Notes under the pieces: generated by a model
Told to the model about the DNA's origin: nothing
The model's database searches: none
Seen by the model: only the letters and a program-made list of their open reading frames with translations
Position numbers and translations under genes: made by a program
Part shown: in pieces, positions 43,983-53,479 of the stretch
How positions within the stretch are numbered: position 1 is the first letter of the stretch
Layout of the letters: every line of letters starts with the position of its first letter
NCBI GenBank assembly: GCA_046759305.1
Contig: JBHIBY010000002.1
Location: 1 to 61,203, forward strand
Direction of reading: 5' to 3'
Length of the DNA: 61,203 nt
Source: Anaerolineales bacterium
GTDB lineage: Bacteria > Chloroflexota > Anaerolineae > Anaerolineales > E44-bin32

Positions 43983-45137
43983 GTGACAGAGAAGATCCTC
44001 ATCATCGATGACGACATCGATACCTTGAAACTCGTCGGCTTAATGCTGGAGCGTCAGGGATATCAAATCGCGGTCGCAAGTAACGGAACGATTGGCCTCT
44101 CCAAGGCTTCTTCTGAGCAGCCTGATTTGATTCTGTTGGATGTAATGATGCCTGATATGGACGGATATCAGGTAACAGAGCGACTTCGATCGGATCCCTC
44201 GCTTTCGCATATCCCGATTGTCATGTTCACGGCGAAGACCATGGTGGATGACAAAGTCAAAGGCTTCGAATCCGGAGTCGATGACTATTTGACGAAACCC
44301 ACCCACCCCGCGGAATTGACGGCGCACGTAAAAGCTGTTTTATCTAGATCCATCTCAGCACCTACCACCGAAGCACCAGAGCAGGCGCAGATCATCAGCT
44401 TCTTCGGAACGCGTGCCGGCCTGGGGACCTCGACCCTCGCGCTCAACGTGGGTGTGGCGATGCAACAAGGTGGGATGGACGTAATTGTTGCGGAAATCAA
44501 TCCAGGCCAAGGCTCTATGGGTTTGAATCTTGGAATCACGACCCCAACCGGCCTTACCGCATTGCTCTCGCGTTCGCTCAAGGACATCCATCTGCGATCG
44601 GTTGAGGCAGAGCTGGTAACTCACAACAGTGGCGTGCGATTGCTACTGGCATCCTATCAGCCGCAAGAAGCTGAGCTGGATGAGGCAGTCCCTCAAATGG
44701 AAGCGGTAATCAGCAATTTGGCCACTATGAGCGACGTCCTCATTCTCGATATCGGCTCCGGGGTGCGCCCGTTCACTCACCCGCTCTTGGCTCTCAGCTC
44801 ACGGGTGATCGCGGTTGTCGAACCGGTTTATCCGTCAAATGTCATTGCTCGGGCGGTGCTGGAGGAGATGTTCACGAGCGGGCTGGAGCGAATGAAGACC
44901 AGTTTGGCCCTAATTACGAGAGAGCGGACCAGCCTCAATATCCCTTGGAAGCAGGTGGAGGCCGATCTCGGCATCGAACTGGCAGGAATCGTTTCACCTG
45001 CCCCAGAACTTGCGCAACAAGCCGCGCAGAATGGCAAGCCGCTGGTGATCCTGCATCGCGACACACTGACTGGCGATCAAATCCGCAAGATGACTGAGAC
45101 CATCGGCTCACAGCTTACCGTCGCCAGAGCCCTTTGA
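43983..45137 (+). CDS. Response regulator: canonical receiver fused to a MinD/ParA-fold (CpaE/TadZ-like) domain with a degenerate Walker A
   Basis: The receiver has ILIIDDD, LILLDVMMPDMDG, MFTAK and DDYLTKP. The ATPase fold is present, but the P-loop reads GTRAGLGTST rather than GxKGGxGK(T/S). Confidence 0.8.
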   Translation: MTEKILIIDDDIDTLKLVGLMLERQGYQIAVASNGTIGLSKASSEQPDLILLDVMMPDMDGYQVTERLRSDPSLSHIPIVMFTAKTMVDDKVKGFESGVDDYLTKPTHPAELTAHVKAVLSRSISAPTTEAPEQAQIISFFGTRAGLGTSTLALNVGVAMQQGGMDVIVAEINPGQGSMGLNLGITTPTGLTALLSRSLKDIHLRSVEAELVTHNSGVRLLLASYQPQEAELDEAVPQMEAVISNLATMSDVLILDIGSGVRPFTHPLLALSSRVIAVVEPVYPSNVIARAVLEEMFTSGLERMKTSLALITRERTSLNIPWKQVEADLGIELAGIVSPAPELAQQAAQNGKPLVILHRDTLTGDQIRKMTETIGSQLTVARAL

Positions 45138-45907
45138 CCGAAACAAAGCTCCAGCATCAAACCCGACAAGCTGCGGATCTGCTGCGAAACTCACAACATG
45201 CGGTTGCCCTCACCGGTGCTGGATTTTCCACCCCCTCTGGGATACCGGACTTTCGGTCGACGCATTCCGGGATTTGGAGCCAGGTCGATCCGATGGAGGT
45301 CGCCTCGCTTGCTAGTTTTCGATACGACCCCAAAAGGTTTTACGGTTGGTTCCGCTCCCTGGCCGAGATGATCTGGAACGCGCAACCCAATGCTGCTCAT
45401 GATGCACTGGCCTCCTTGGAATTGGCTGGTCTCGTCGATGGCATCGTGACCCAGAATGTGGACGGATTGCACCAGCGCGCAGGCTCAATTAACGTCCACG
45501 AGCTGCATGGCCACCTGCGTGAGGCAGTTTGTGTGGATTGCTTTCGGCGCTACGATGCCGCTCCACTGATCAAAGCCTATGTAGAAAGCGGAATCATTCC
45601 GAACTGCACCACCTGCGGTGGCCACCTCAAGCCAGAAGTCATACTGTTTGGTGAGCAGCTGCCTCACGAACCGTTGATCGCAGCGACAGCACTCTTCGAT
45701 AAGGCCGATACGGTGATTATCGGTGGCTCGTCACTTGAAGTTACTCCCGCCGCGGAACTTCCTTTTCGCGCGGTCGAACGTGGCGCTCGCTTATTGATCT
45801 TCAATCGAGAGCCAACCTATCTCGATTCAAGAGCCGATTTTGTATTCAGCGGTGATGTAGCAAAGCTGTTTCCAAGGGTTGTCGACGAGGTGCAAATTGA
45901 GCAGTAA
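45134..45907 (+). CDS. cobB: NAD-dependent protein deacylase (Sir2 family)
   Basis: It has GAGFSTPSGIPDFRS, QNVDGLHQRAG, the catalytic HELHG, the zinc ribbon CVDC...CTTCGG and GGSSLEV. The TTG start overlaps the upstream TGA. Confidence 0.9.
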   Translation: MTETKLQHQTRQAADLLRNSQHAVALTGAGFSTPSGIPDFRSTHSGIWSQVDPMEVASLASFRYDPKRFYGWFRSLAEMIWNAQPNAAHDALASLELAGLVDGIVTQNVDGLHQRAGSINVHELHGHLREAVCVDCFRRYDAAPLIKAYVESGIIPNCTTCGGHLKPEVILFGEQLPHEPLIAATALFDKADTVIIGGSSLEVTPAAELPFRAVERGARLLIFNREPTYLDSRADFVFSGDVAKLFPRVVDEVQIEQ

Positions 45908-47144
45908 TCCTGCCGGACCGGAAACTGCGATACGGAATTATCCGAAGCTACTCAACCGGTATCAGCGCTTGCTCGAGCTGACCTCGGATTTGGCCGCCAC
46001 CTTTGATCTGGATACCCTGCTACAGCGGATCGTGGTGGCTGCAAGAGAGCTAACGGAAAGCGAAGCCTCTTCGCTACTGCTGTACGAGAAACATACCCAT
46101 TCACTCTACTTCGAGGCGGCCACCGGCGCCCTCGTGAGCGGCGTCGGCGAAAGTGCTGTTCCTGCCGATAACAGCATCGCAGGTTGGGTATTCACGCACG
46201 GAGAGCCGATCGTTTCTCAGGACGTACTCAATGATCCACGCTTCTACCGAGAAATGGATGCTTTGACGCGCTTTGAAACCCAAAGCATTCTTGGCGTTCC
46301 GCTTCGGACCAAAGATAAGGTCTTAGGGGTTATCGAATCCGTCAATAAGCGGGAGGGAATATTCACCGATGAGGATGTTCAAATCCTGCAAACCCTGGCC
46401 GCACAGGCCGCCATTGCTATAGAGAACAGCCAACTGTTCATGCAGAGTGACCTCATCGCGGAAATTGTGCATGAGCTGCGCACCCCACTCGCTGCTTTGA
46501 CTGCCGCCGCACACCTTCTTCAACGATCGGAACTTCCAGAAGATCAGCGCTCGAGGCTTAGCCAGACGATCCTCCACGAGGTTCAAAGGCTAAATGGCCT
46601 GACAACGGACTTCCTCGAGCTCTCCCGGCTGGAATCTGGGCGCATGCACTTCAAGCGTGAGCCGGTTCACCTCGGCGGATTGGTTCAGGAATCGCTAGAA
46701 GTCGTGCGCGCTCAGGCGGAAACAAAAGAGATCGAGCTAGTAACCGAGATCGATGCATCGCTCGTTCCGGTACACGGGGATCGAAAGATTCTCAAGCAGC
46801 TGCTGCTGAACTTACTGACTAATGCCATCAAATACAGTAACACCGGTGGTGTGGTGACAGTATCCCTTCACCCGGAGGACGAGGATGTTCTCATGGAAGT
46901 TCGCGATACAGGGCGCGGGATCTCACCGGAAGATCAGGAGCGGCTGTTTCAAAGGTTCTATCGCGTGGGCGGCGGTGATGAGGAAGTTCAGGGAACGGGA
47001 TTGGGACTGGTGATCGCCAAGCGGATCGCTGAAAGCCATGAGGGATCGATATCTGTTGAGAGTGCGCTCGGTAAAGGGGCCACGTTTACCGTAAGGCTTC
47101 CAGTTGAGTCGTCAACGAAAGTTACCAGCCGCCCGCGCAGTTGA
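45879..47144 (+). CDS. Cytoplasmic GAF-domain sensor histidine kinase
   Basis: It has a GAF domain (~160 aa), the H-box EIVHELRTPLAAL, N-box TNAIKYS, VRDTGRGI and GTGLGLVIAK. The start (TTG 45879 or 45897) overlaps the sirtuin 3' end. Confidence 0.88.
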   Translation: MSTRCKLSSNPAGPETAIRNYPKLLNRYQRLLELTSDLAATFDLDTLLQRIVVAARELTESEASSLLLYEKHTHSLYFEAATGALVSGVGESAVPADNSIAGWVFTHGEPIVSQDVLNDPRFYREMDALTRFETQSILGVPLRTKDKVLGVIESVNKREGIFTDEDVQILQTLAAQAAIAIENSQLFMQSDLIAEIVHELRTPLAALTAAAHLLQRSELPEDQRSRLSQTILHEVQRLNGLTTDFLELSRLESGRMHFKREPVHLGGLVQESLEVVRAQAETKEIELVTEIDASLVPVHGDRKILKQLLLNLLTNAIKYSNTGGVVTVSLHPEDEDVLMEVRDTGRGISPEDQERLFQRFYRVGGGDEEVQGTGLGLVIAKRIAESHEGSISVESALGKGATFTVRLPVESSTKVTSRPRS

Positions 47145-47302
47145 GTCCAACCCGCCCCCCACAATTGAGCTCGATTTTTCTCGAATACAGAAGCTTGAGG
47201 CTGCAGGGCTCTCTTTTCCTGTCATCTAACGAAGGCAGCTTTCAGCACTAGGTAGACGCGCTCCCCAGGATGTGACCGCCCATCGTCGCCACTGGCTACG
47301 CC

Positions 47303-48988
47303 CTACCCTTTCCGCCCAAATTGCCGCTCGAGGGCGGCCACGGACAGATGCACCATCGTCGGACGTCCGTGAGGGCAAGTTCGGGGCGATAAGCTCTGTT
47401 CAAGATCAAGAATAAGCTGGCGCTGTTCTTCCAGAGACAATACCTGGCCTGCTTTTATGGCAGCTCGCTTGCAAACGCGCGCCGCTAGTCTCGCTTCCGC
47501 TTCCTTGGCGAGTGGTGTTTCGTCTTCCTCAAAATCCTCCACCACCACGCGCAGCGCACGCTCTGGAGACAGGTTGGAGATTACAGTCGGTAGTGCTCGC
47601 ACAAGGTAGGCGCGCGAGCCGAATGGCTCAATTGAAAAACCGAGTGAGCTAAGCGCCTCCAGATTGCTCTCCACCAGCTCTGCTTCACCTTCCGATAGCT
47701 CAACGGTTTCCGGCTGGAGCAGCCCTTGCGATTCTGGAAGCTCCGATTCGACTTGCGTCATAAGCTTCTCAAAGAGCACTCGCTCATGTGCCGCATGCTG
47801 ATCAATGAGGTAGACGCCATCCGGACCCTCGGCTACCAAGTAAGTGGCGCCAACCTGGCCAACCGAACGCAAAATTGGCACCTCCAGGACCTTTTGACCG
47901 GGTGGCTCCAGCGTGCGCTCTACGGATTCTGGGCCATCAAAGTGTTGTGGCAGTTGCTCCCCGGTCCAGATTGGCTCCATGGCGACTGGCTGGACCGGTG
48001 CCTGTCCGAGCAATGTCGCACGCACCGCGCGCTGAACGATTGAGAATACCAATCCTGGATCCTGGAAGCGGATTTCAGACTTTGTGGGATGCACATTAAC
48101 ATCCACACCGTCGGGTGGCACATCGATAAGAAGCAACGCAATCGGGTATCGGCCAACCATCATAAATGTGTGATAAGCCTGTGTAACCGCTGATCCTAAG
48201 CTTACGTCCTGAATCCAACGCCCATTCACAAAAAGCGAGATCTCTCGGCGGTTGGAACGATTTACAAATGGTGCTCCCACAAATCCGGATACCGTCACTC
48301 CCTCACTCGAAGCTTGAGCTACCGGAATCATTTGCTGAGCTACATCCAGGCTATACACCTGGGCAAGCACTTCCAGATGATTGCCGTTTCCATTGGTCTG
48401 CAGGCGGTTGCGACCTTCACTTACCAGCTTGAAGCGGCAATAGGGGTAGGCCATAGCGTAGCGCGTAACGAGGCGTGTGATCCATCCGCGCTCGGTGGTA
48501 TCCGATTTCAGAAAACGTAGCCTGGCGGGCACGTTGTAAAAGAGATCGTTCACCTGGACCGTAGTGCCCTCTGAGGACCCTATGGCCTCGAGCTCTGCTG
48601 CTCGACCTCCATCGACCTGCAACCGTGAACCCACCTGCTCACCCGCTGCGCGGGTAGTCAGCAGCGCGCGAGAGACTGCAGCAATTGAGGCGAGAGCTTC
48701 CCCGCGAAAACCCAGGGTCTCTATCGCCTGCAGATCCTCAATGGTCTCAAGCTTCGAAGTGGAGTAGCGCTCTACCGCCAACTTGAGCTCGCTGCTCGGA
48801 ATCCCTGATCCATTATCCGCGACCTCTATCTGCGCCTTACCTCCACCTTTGATCTGTATCTGGACGGAAGTGGCTGATGCATCCAAAGAGTTCTCGATCA
48901 GCTCCTTCACAACCGAAGATGGGCGTTCGACGACCTCGCCCGCAGCGATGGCAGACGATACCTCGTCGGATAGAGCAAGTATGGGCAT
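47303..48988 (-). CDS. mutL: DNA mismatch repair protein MutL (endonuclease type)
   Basis: It has the GHKL N-terminus (VVKELIENSLDA, DNGSGI) and the C-terminal endonuclease motif DQHAAHERVLFE. Confidence 0.95.
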   Translation of the reverse strand: MPILALSDEVSSAIAAGEVVERPSSVVKELIENSLDASATSVQIQIKGGGKAQIEVADNGSGIPSSELKLAVERYSTSKLETIEDLQAIETLGFRGEALASIAAVSRALLTTRAAGEQVGSRLQVDGGRAAELEAIGSSEGTTVQVNDLFYNVPARLRFLKSDTTERGWITRLVTRYAMAYPYCRFKLVSEGRNRLQTNGNGNHLEVLAQVYSLDVAQQMIPVAQASSEGVTVSGFVGAPFVNRSNRREISLFVNGRWIQDVSLGSAVTQAYHTFMMVGRYPIALLLIDVPPDGVDVNVHPTKSEIRFQDPGLVFSIVQRAVRATLLGQAPVQPVAMEPIWTGEQLPQHFDGPESVERTLEPPGQKVLEVPILRSVGQVGATYLVAEGPDGVYLIDQHAAHERVLFEKLMTQVESELPESQGLLQPETVELSEGEAELVESNLEALSSLGFSIEPFGSRAYLVRALPTVISNLSPERALRVVVEDFEEDETPLAKEAEARLAARVCKRAAIKAGQVLSLEEQRQLILDLEQSLSPRTCPHGRPTMVHLSVAALERQFGRKG

Positions 48989-49053
48989 GGTGAGGGATTA
49001 TAAAGCCGCCAGTTGACCACGACCGCCCGACTGCATATACTCGCCAGAGCACA

Positions 49054-49296
49054 ATGGAGTCCATACCCCGACTTAGCCCTGCAGCTGTCATCTGTCTGGC
49101 GCTGCTAATAGTTGTGGTCGTGAACGGCGGGTTGATTCTCGCCCTACGTCGCGGCGGAGAGGTCAACATGCTGCGTCGAGTTGTTAAGACGGCAAAGAAC
49201 CCGTGGGCCGAGCACGACAGCGCAATAAGTGAACTTAGAGATCGCGTGGCCCAACTAGAACCTGATGAGCCCGAGCCCTTGGAACCGGATGGATAA
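49054..49296 (+). CDS. Small single-TM hypothetical protein
   Basis: This 80 aa ORF has a TM helix (AAVICLALLIVVVVNGGLILAL) and an acidic C-terminus. It overlaps the next gene by 8 nt. Confidence 0.4.
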   Translation: MESIPRLSPAAVICLALLIVVVVNGGLILALRRGGEVNMLRRVVKTAKNPWAEHDSAISELRDRVAQLEPDEPEPLEPDG

Positions 49297-50083
49297 GCTA
49301 ATAGACCTTCAAGAGGGTGTGTCACTGCTGCCAGAAGGCGATGCGGTATTAGCCTTGGGGGGCATTACAAACTATCGGCGGCCGATGGCGTTCTCGCTGG
49401 CGTTGCTCGCCGACCCAAACCGACAAGCCTTCGAACTGCTCTCCTTCACTGCCGGACTGGAAAGCGACATTCTTGTCGGTGCGAACCTGGTCTCCCGCGT
49501 CAGAACCTGCTACTTCGGATTGGAGGCGTTTGGTTTAGCGCCTAATTTCACGCAAGCTTCCTCGGACGGCGAGGTTGAAATCATTGAGGAGAGCGAAGCA
49601 AGCATAGCACTCGGAATCCGCGCTGCCCTGGCCGGAGTCGGCTTCATGCCGTCCTTGGCCTGGCAGGGTACTGATCTCATGAAGCTTCGGCCCGATGTGA
49701 AGGAAGTGATCGACCCATACTCAGGAGCCAGGCTGACCGCTTTCCCCGCAATGCAATGTGACCTGGCGGTCATCCACGCGCTAAAAGCCGATCCCATGGG
49801 TAATGCCCAGCTCGGACGCAATTGGGGTATTGATCGTGAGCTAGCATACGCCGCTGAGCAAGTCTTGATTACTGCTGAAGAGATTGTGCCGCGGCTGGAC
49901 ACGGCTGATGTCGACGGCTCCGTCATTACGGCCGTTACAGAGGCTTCGGGAGGTGCCTGGCCTACTTCATGCCATCCTTGCTACCCAATAGATGGCGATG
50001 AATTCCTGCATTACGTGGAAGCGGCTGGATCTGAAGCCTATGATTTGCTGCTCGAGGCATGGACCCTCCGTGTCTTAAAGTAG
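49289..50083 (+). CDS. CoA-transferase subunit A-like protein (GctA/AtoD family)
   Basis: The N-terminus is MDKLIDLQEGVSLLPEGDAVLALGG. Also present are EESEASIALGIRAALAGVGFMP and VIHALKADPMGNAQL. The start is moved to ATG 49289. Confidence 0.7.
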   Translation: MDKLIDLQEGVSLLPEGDAVLALGGITNYRRPMAFSLALLADPNRQAFELLSFTAGLESDILVGANLVSRVRTCYFGLEAFGLAPNFTQASSDGEVEIIEESEASIALGIRAALAGVGFMPSLAWQGTDLMKLRPDVKEVIDPYSGARLTAFPAMQCDLAVIHALKADPMGNAQLGRNWGIDRELAYAAEQVLITAEEIVPRLDTADVDGSVITAVTEASGGAWPTSCHPCYPIDGDEFLHYVEAAGSEAYDLLLEAWTLRVLK

Positions 50084-50168
50084 CCTTCATTCCGTATTGC
50101 AGCCTACCCTCTTATTGTTCATGCTTCTCTTATGAACCTGTGATATTTTCACGATCAGGAGTGTTTGT

Positions 50169-51440
50169 ATGAGCTCAAATGCCTGGAAAATCGGCCTGGT
50201 GCTGGTTGCAGTGATCGGATTAACCGGCCTCGCATTCACCTCGGGAGTCGCGCTTGGATACGTGGCTCCGCGTTTCAATACAGATGCAGGCGAGGCGCCG
50301 CCTATTGAACTCGCCTTTCCGCAGATTGTATCCAGCGATGAAACCACCCCCGAGCCACAAGAACATCGCGACGAACTGGTTGCACCTTTCTGGGAAGCGT
50401 GGGATATCCTGCAGGATGACTACGTGGACCAACCGCTTGACAGTGAGACGCTCATGCGGGGCGCCATACGTGGTCTGGTGGATTCGCTTGAGGATCCCCA
50501 CACTTCATACATGGATCCGGATCAGTTTCTACAGGCGAACCTTCCTCTTGACGGCGAATATGAGGGCATTGGCGCCTGGGTTGACTCAGAAAGTGAATAC
50601 CTCACCATCATCTCAACAATGCCGGGCTCTCCGGCTGAGGCAGCCGGCCTGCAGCCTGGCGACGAAGTCATTGGCGTGAACGGCGAAGACGTCGGTGGTT
50701 TGGATCCCAGCCTTGTCATTCGCCAGGTCCTGGGCCCTGCTGGAACCCCGGTCACCCTTACCATCCGACGAGAGGGGCTTGCGGATCCATTCGACGTGGA
50801 GATCATAAGACAGAAGATCGATCTTCCCAGCATCCAGAGTGAAATGCTCGAAGACAATATCGCCTATGTACAATTGCTGACCTTCGGTGCCGATACTGCA
50901 GGCGACCTGAACCGAGCACTCAAAGATCTGCTCAATGACGATCCAGTAGGTTTGATTCTGGATTTGCGCGGCAACGGCGGTGGTTTTCTAAACTCCTCGG
51001 TTGATGTCGCCTCTGAGTTTATTCCAGATGGGGTCATTCTCATCGAGAGGTTTGGCGATGATGAGGAGACCATCTACGAGGCTCGATCTGGTGGAAGAGC
51101 TATCGATATTGAAATGATCGTTTTAGTCGATGGCGGCACTGCTTCGGCCTCCGAAATCGTAGCTGGCGCCATCCAGGATCATGGTCGTGGTCTGCTGGTC
51201 GGAGAAACCACCTTCGGAAAGGGTTCTGTACAGAACTGGGTTGAGCTCTCGGACAACGAAGGCGCGATCCGGGTCACCATTGCCCGTTGGTATACTCCTG
51301 ACGACCGGCTCATCCACGGCATCGGTCTGACACCCGACGTTGAGATATTAATTCCCGAAACGGGATTCGACGAGGGTGAAGATCCGCAGCTGGAAGAGGC
51401 CATTAGGCTTCTCCTGGGTGAGGCAGTCCCGAACCGCTAG
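50169..51440 (+). CDS. ctpA: S41 carboxyl-terminal processing peptidase with a PDZ domain
   Basis: It has a signal anchor, a PDZ domain (GSPAEAAGLQPGDEVIGVNG), LILDLRGNGGG and the catalytic GGTASASEI...FGKGSVQ. Confidence 0.88.
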   Translation: MSSNAWKIGLVLVAVIGLTGLAFTSGVALGYVAPRFNTDAGEAPPIELAFPQIVSSDETTPEPQEHRDELVAPFWEAWDILQDDYVDQPLDSETLMRGAIRGLVDSLEDPHTSYMDPDQFLQANLPLDGEYEGIGAWVDSESEYLTIISTMPGSPAEAAGLQPGDEVIGVNGEDVGGLDPSLVIRQVLGPAGTPVTLTIRREGLADPFDVEIIRQKIDLPSIQSEMLEDNIAYVQLLTFGADTAGDLNRALKDLLNDDPVGLILDLRGNGGGFLNSSVDVASEFIPDGVILIERFGDDEETIYEARSGGRAIDIEMIVLVDGGTASASEIVAGAIQDHGRGLLVGETTFGKGSVQNWVELSDNEGAIRVTIARWYTPDDRLIHGIGLTPDVEILIPETGFDEGEDPQLEEAIRLLLGEAVPNR

Positions 51441-51473
51441 GCTCCCCGATACCTATTCAGAGAGGGGGTTCCC

Positions 51474-52826
51474 ATGGATCCCTCACAAATCGACCTTGCA
51501 CTAGCGCGCATCCGAACCGCGTTGGAAGCAGGCGAAATTCAGGCCGCAATTAACACCCTCACCGACCTCCATCCTGTCGATCGCGCGGATGCCTTCTCGG
51601 ATCTCGATGATAAAGACCAGGCAGCTTTACTACCGCGCCTGGATCTAGAAGCTACTGCTGATCTGCTCGAGGAATTAGAAGACGATGAGGCTGCAGCCGT
51701 TGCTGAATCTTTTAATACCGAACAGCTCGCAGACGTCCTGGACGAGATGGAGCCGGACGAAGCAGCAGATGTGCTTGGCGACTTGCCCAGTGAGAGAGCC
51801 GAAGACGCGCTCGCTGAGATGGAAGAGGCTCGCAGCGTAATACCCCTGCTCCCCTTCGCCGACGAAACAGCCGGGGGGAGGATGACAACTTCCTTCATTG
51901 CGCTCCCAATAGGCACCACCGCTTCCGAAGCGACCCAAGTTCTTCGTCGCGTTGAACCTAGTTCTGAGACCCCTTACTACCTCTATGTTGAGGATGATAC
52001 CGATCGGCTGGTAGGCATCATCGGCCTGCGCGAGCTGGTCATTGCAGCACCAGATACGAAAGTTGAAAACATCATGGATCCGGAAGTGATCTTTGCGCGC
52101 ACGCATGAAGATCAGGAGGATGTGGCTCTGCTCATGGCGCGCTATGACCTGGCTGCTTTGCCAGTGGTCGACGATCGAGGGGTCGTAGTTGGAGTGATTA
52201 CCCATGACGACGTGCTGGATGTTGTAGCGGAGGAAGCTACCGAAGATATCTACCGGCTAGCGAACGTACCGGACCCCGATCTCTCGATTGACAGTCCCAT
52301 TCGTCATTCCATCAAGAAACGGTTGCCTTGGCTGTATCTCAGCGCGGTAACAGCCCTCTTCGCAGCATGGGTGATATCGAACTTCGAATTGCTCATCGCC
52401 GAGGTCGCCATACTGGCTGTTTTTCTGTCAGTAGTGGCTGGTTTGGGAGGCAATACCGCAACTCAAAGCCTGGCTATGATCGTCCGAGCACTCGCCTTGG
52501 GCGAGATCGATTTGCGCCATGCATGGCGAACAGTCCTGAAGGAGTGTGCAACAGGCTTTATAGCAGGCGTGCTCGTGGGGACAGTTGTTGGATTAGCGGT
52601 CTGGTTGTGGAAGGGAAATCCAATACTTGGTGCAGTTCTGGGCGTGGCGTTGATCGGCAATATGCTCATCGCAGGCTTTGTGGGGGCGTTGATCCCAATC
52701 TCCCTCAGGGCTTTACGGCTTGACCCTGCTCTTGCCTCCTCAGTACTGGTTACCACCGTGACTGACAGCGTTGGGTTTGCACTCTTCTTGTCGTTATCTG
52801 CCATGGCATTGTCTAAGCTCCAATGA
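51474..52826 (+). CDS. mgtE: Magnesium transporter MgtE
   Basis: It has an acidic N-domain, tandem CBS domains (LPVVDDRGVVVGVITHDDVLDV) and a 5-TM C-terminus with GLGGNTATQS. Confidence 0.93.
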   Translation: MDPSQIDLALARIRTALEAGEIQAAINTLTDLHPVDRADAFSDLDDKDQAALLPRLDLEATADLLEELEDDEAAAVAESFNTEQLADVLDEMEPDEAADVLGDLPSERAEDALAEMEEARSVIPLLPFADETAGGRMTTSFIALPIGTTASEATQVLRRVEPSSETPYYLYVEDDTDRLVGIIGLRELVIAAPDTKVENIMDPEVIFARTHEDQEDVALLMARYDLAALPVVDDRGVVVGVITHDDVLDVVAEEATEDIYRLANVPDPDLSIDSPIRHSIKKRLPWLYLSAVTALFAAWVISNFELLIAEVAILAVFLSVVAGLGGNTATQSLAMIVRALALGEIDLRHAWRTVLKECATGFIAGVLVGTVVGLAVWLWKGNPILGAVLGVALIGNMLIAGFVGALIPISLRALRLDPALASSVLVTTVTDSVGFALFLSLSAMALSKLQ

Positions 52827-53479
52827 GGCTACTCACCGGCTTCATTCGACTCTTTTTTAGGCACTTCTATACGACGCTAGCCTGGTCTTATGATCTCGTG
52901 GCCGAGATCGTATCGGTAGGTCAATGGAACGATTGGGTCCGATCAGTTTTGGATCCTTTTCCAAACGAGCCCATACTTGAGATTGCGCACGGCCCAGGCC
53001 ATCTCCTGCTCGAGATCGGTCAAAGGCACGGAAATGCCATAGGCATCGATGCCTCTCGTCAGATGTGTCGAATAGCAAGCCATCGCTTGAAGCGGAACGG
53101 TCACGAACCAAGAGTGGTTCAGGCCAAGGCACAGGCACTGCCCTTCCCTGAGAAGTCATTCGCCACTCTGATCAGCACCTTTCCAACCGAATTCATACTG
53201 GATTCGAGTTCGCTGCTGGAGGTTCGTAGAACTCTCCAACCGCGTGGACAGTATCGGGTCGTGCCCATGGCGGAGATCCGAGGTCCAGGTTTCCTGGATA
53301 GTATGGCGGCCTGGCTCTTCCGCATCACCGGTCAATACGCCGATATACCTCCCTCCTGGACCGACCCATTTTCTGATGCGGGGCTCAACGTGCACATGGA
53401 GGATGTGATGTTGACTCGCTCAAGGGTGATCCGCCTCACCGCAACACAAGAGGAAGAGATGGAAGGTCAAGTTGTCTGA
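52823..53479 (+). CDS. Class I SAM-dependent methyltransferase
   Basis: Motif I is degenerate (ILEIAHGPGHLL), with a downstream acidic loop GIDAS. There is an ATGA overlap with mgtE. Confidence 0.65.
   Translation: MRLLTGFIRLFFRHFYTTLAWSYDLVAEIVSVGQWNDWVRSVLDPFPNEPILEIAHGPGHLLLEIGQRHGNAIGIDASRQMCRIASHRLKRNGHEPRVVQAKAQALPFPEKSFATLISTFPTEFILDSSSLLEVRRTLQPRGQYRVVPMAEIRGPGFLDSMAAWLFRITGQYADIPPSWTDPFSDAGLNVHMEDVMLTRSRVIRLTATQEEEMEGQVV

Noticed and set aside
45134-45907. The Sir2-domain protein considered as an anti-phage NADase (Thoeris ThsA, DSR or Sir2-pAgo type).
   Set aside because: It is short (257 aa) and has the full deacylase motif set, including the Cys4 zinc ribbon. It lacks SLOG, TIR, pAgo, HerA or Macro partners. 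Its neighbours are two-component signalling genes.
48837-49325. A 162 aa minus-strand ORF bridging the mutL start and the small membrane-protein gene.
   Set aside because: It is out of frame with mutL and overlaps it. It is antisense to the 49054..49296 ORF and the CoA-transferase start. I found no motif, and its composition is R/S-rich.
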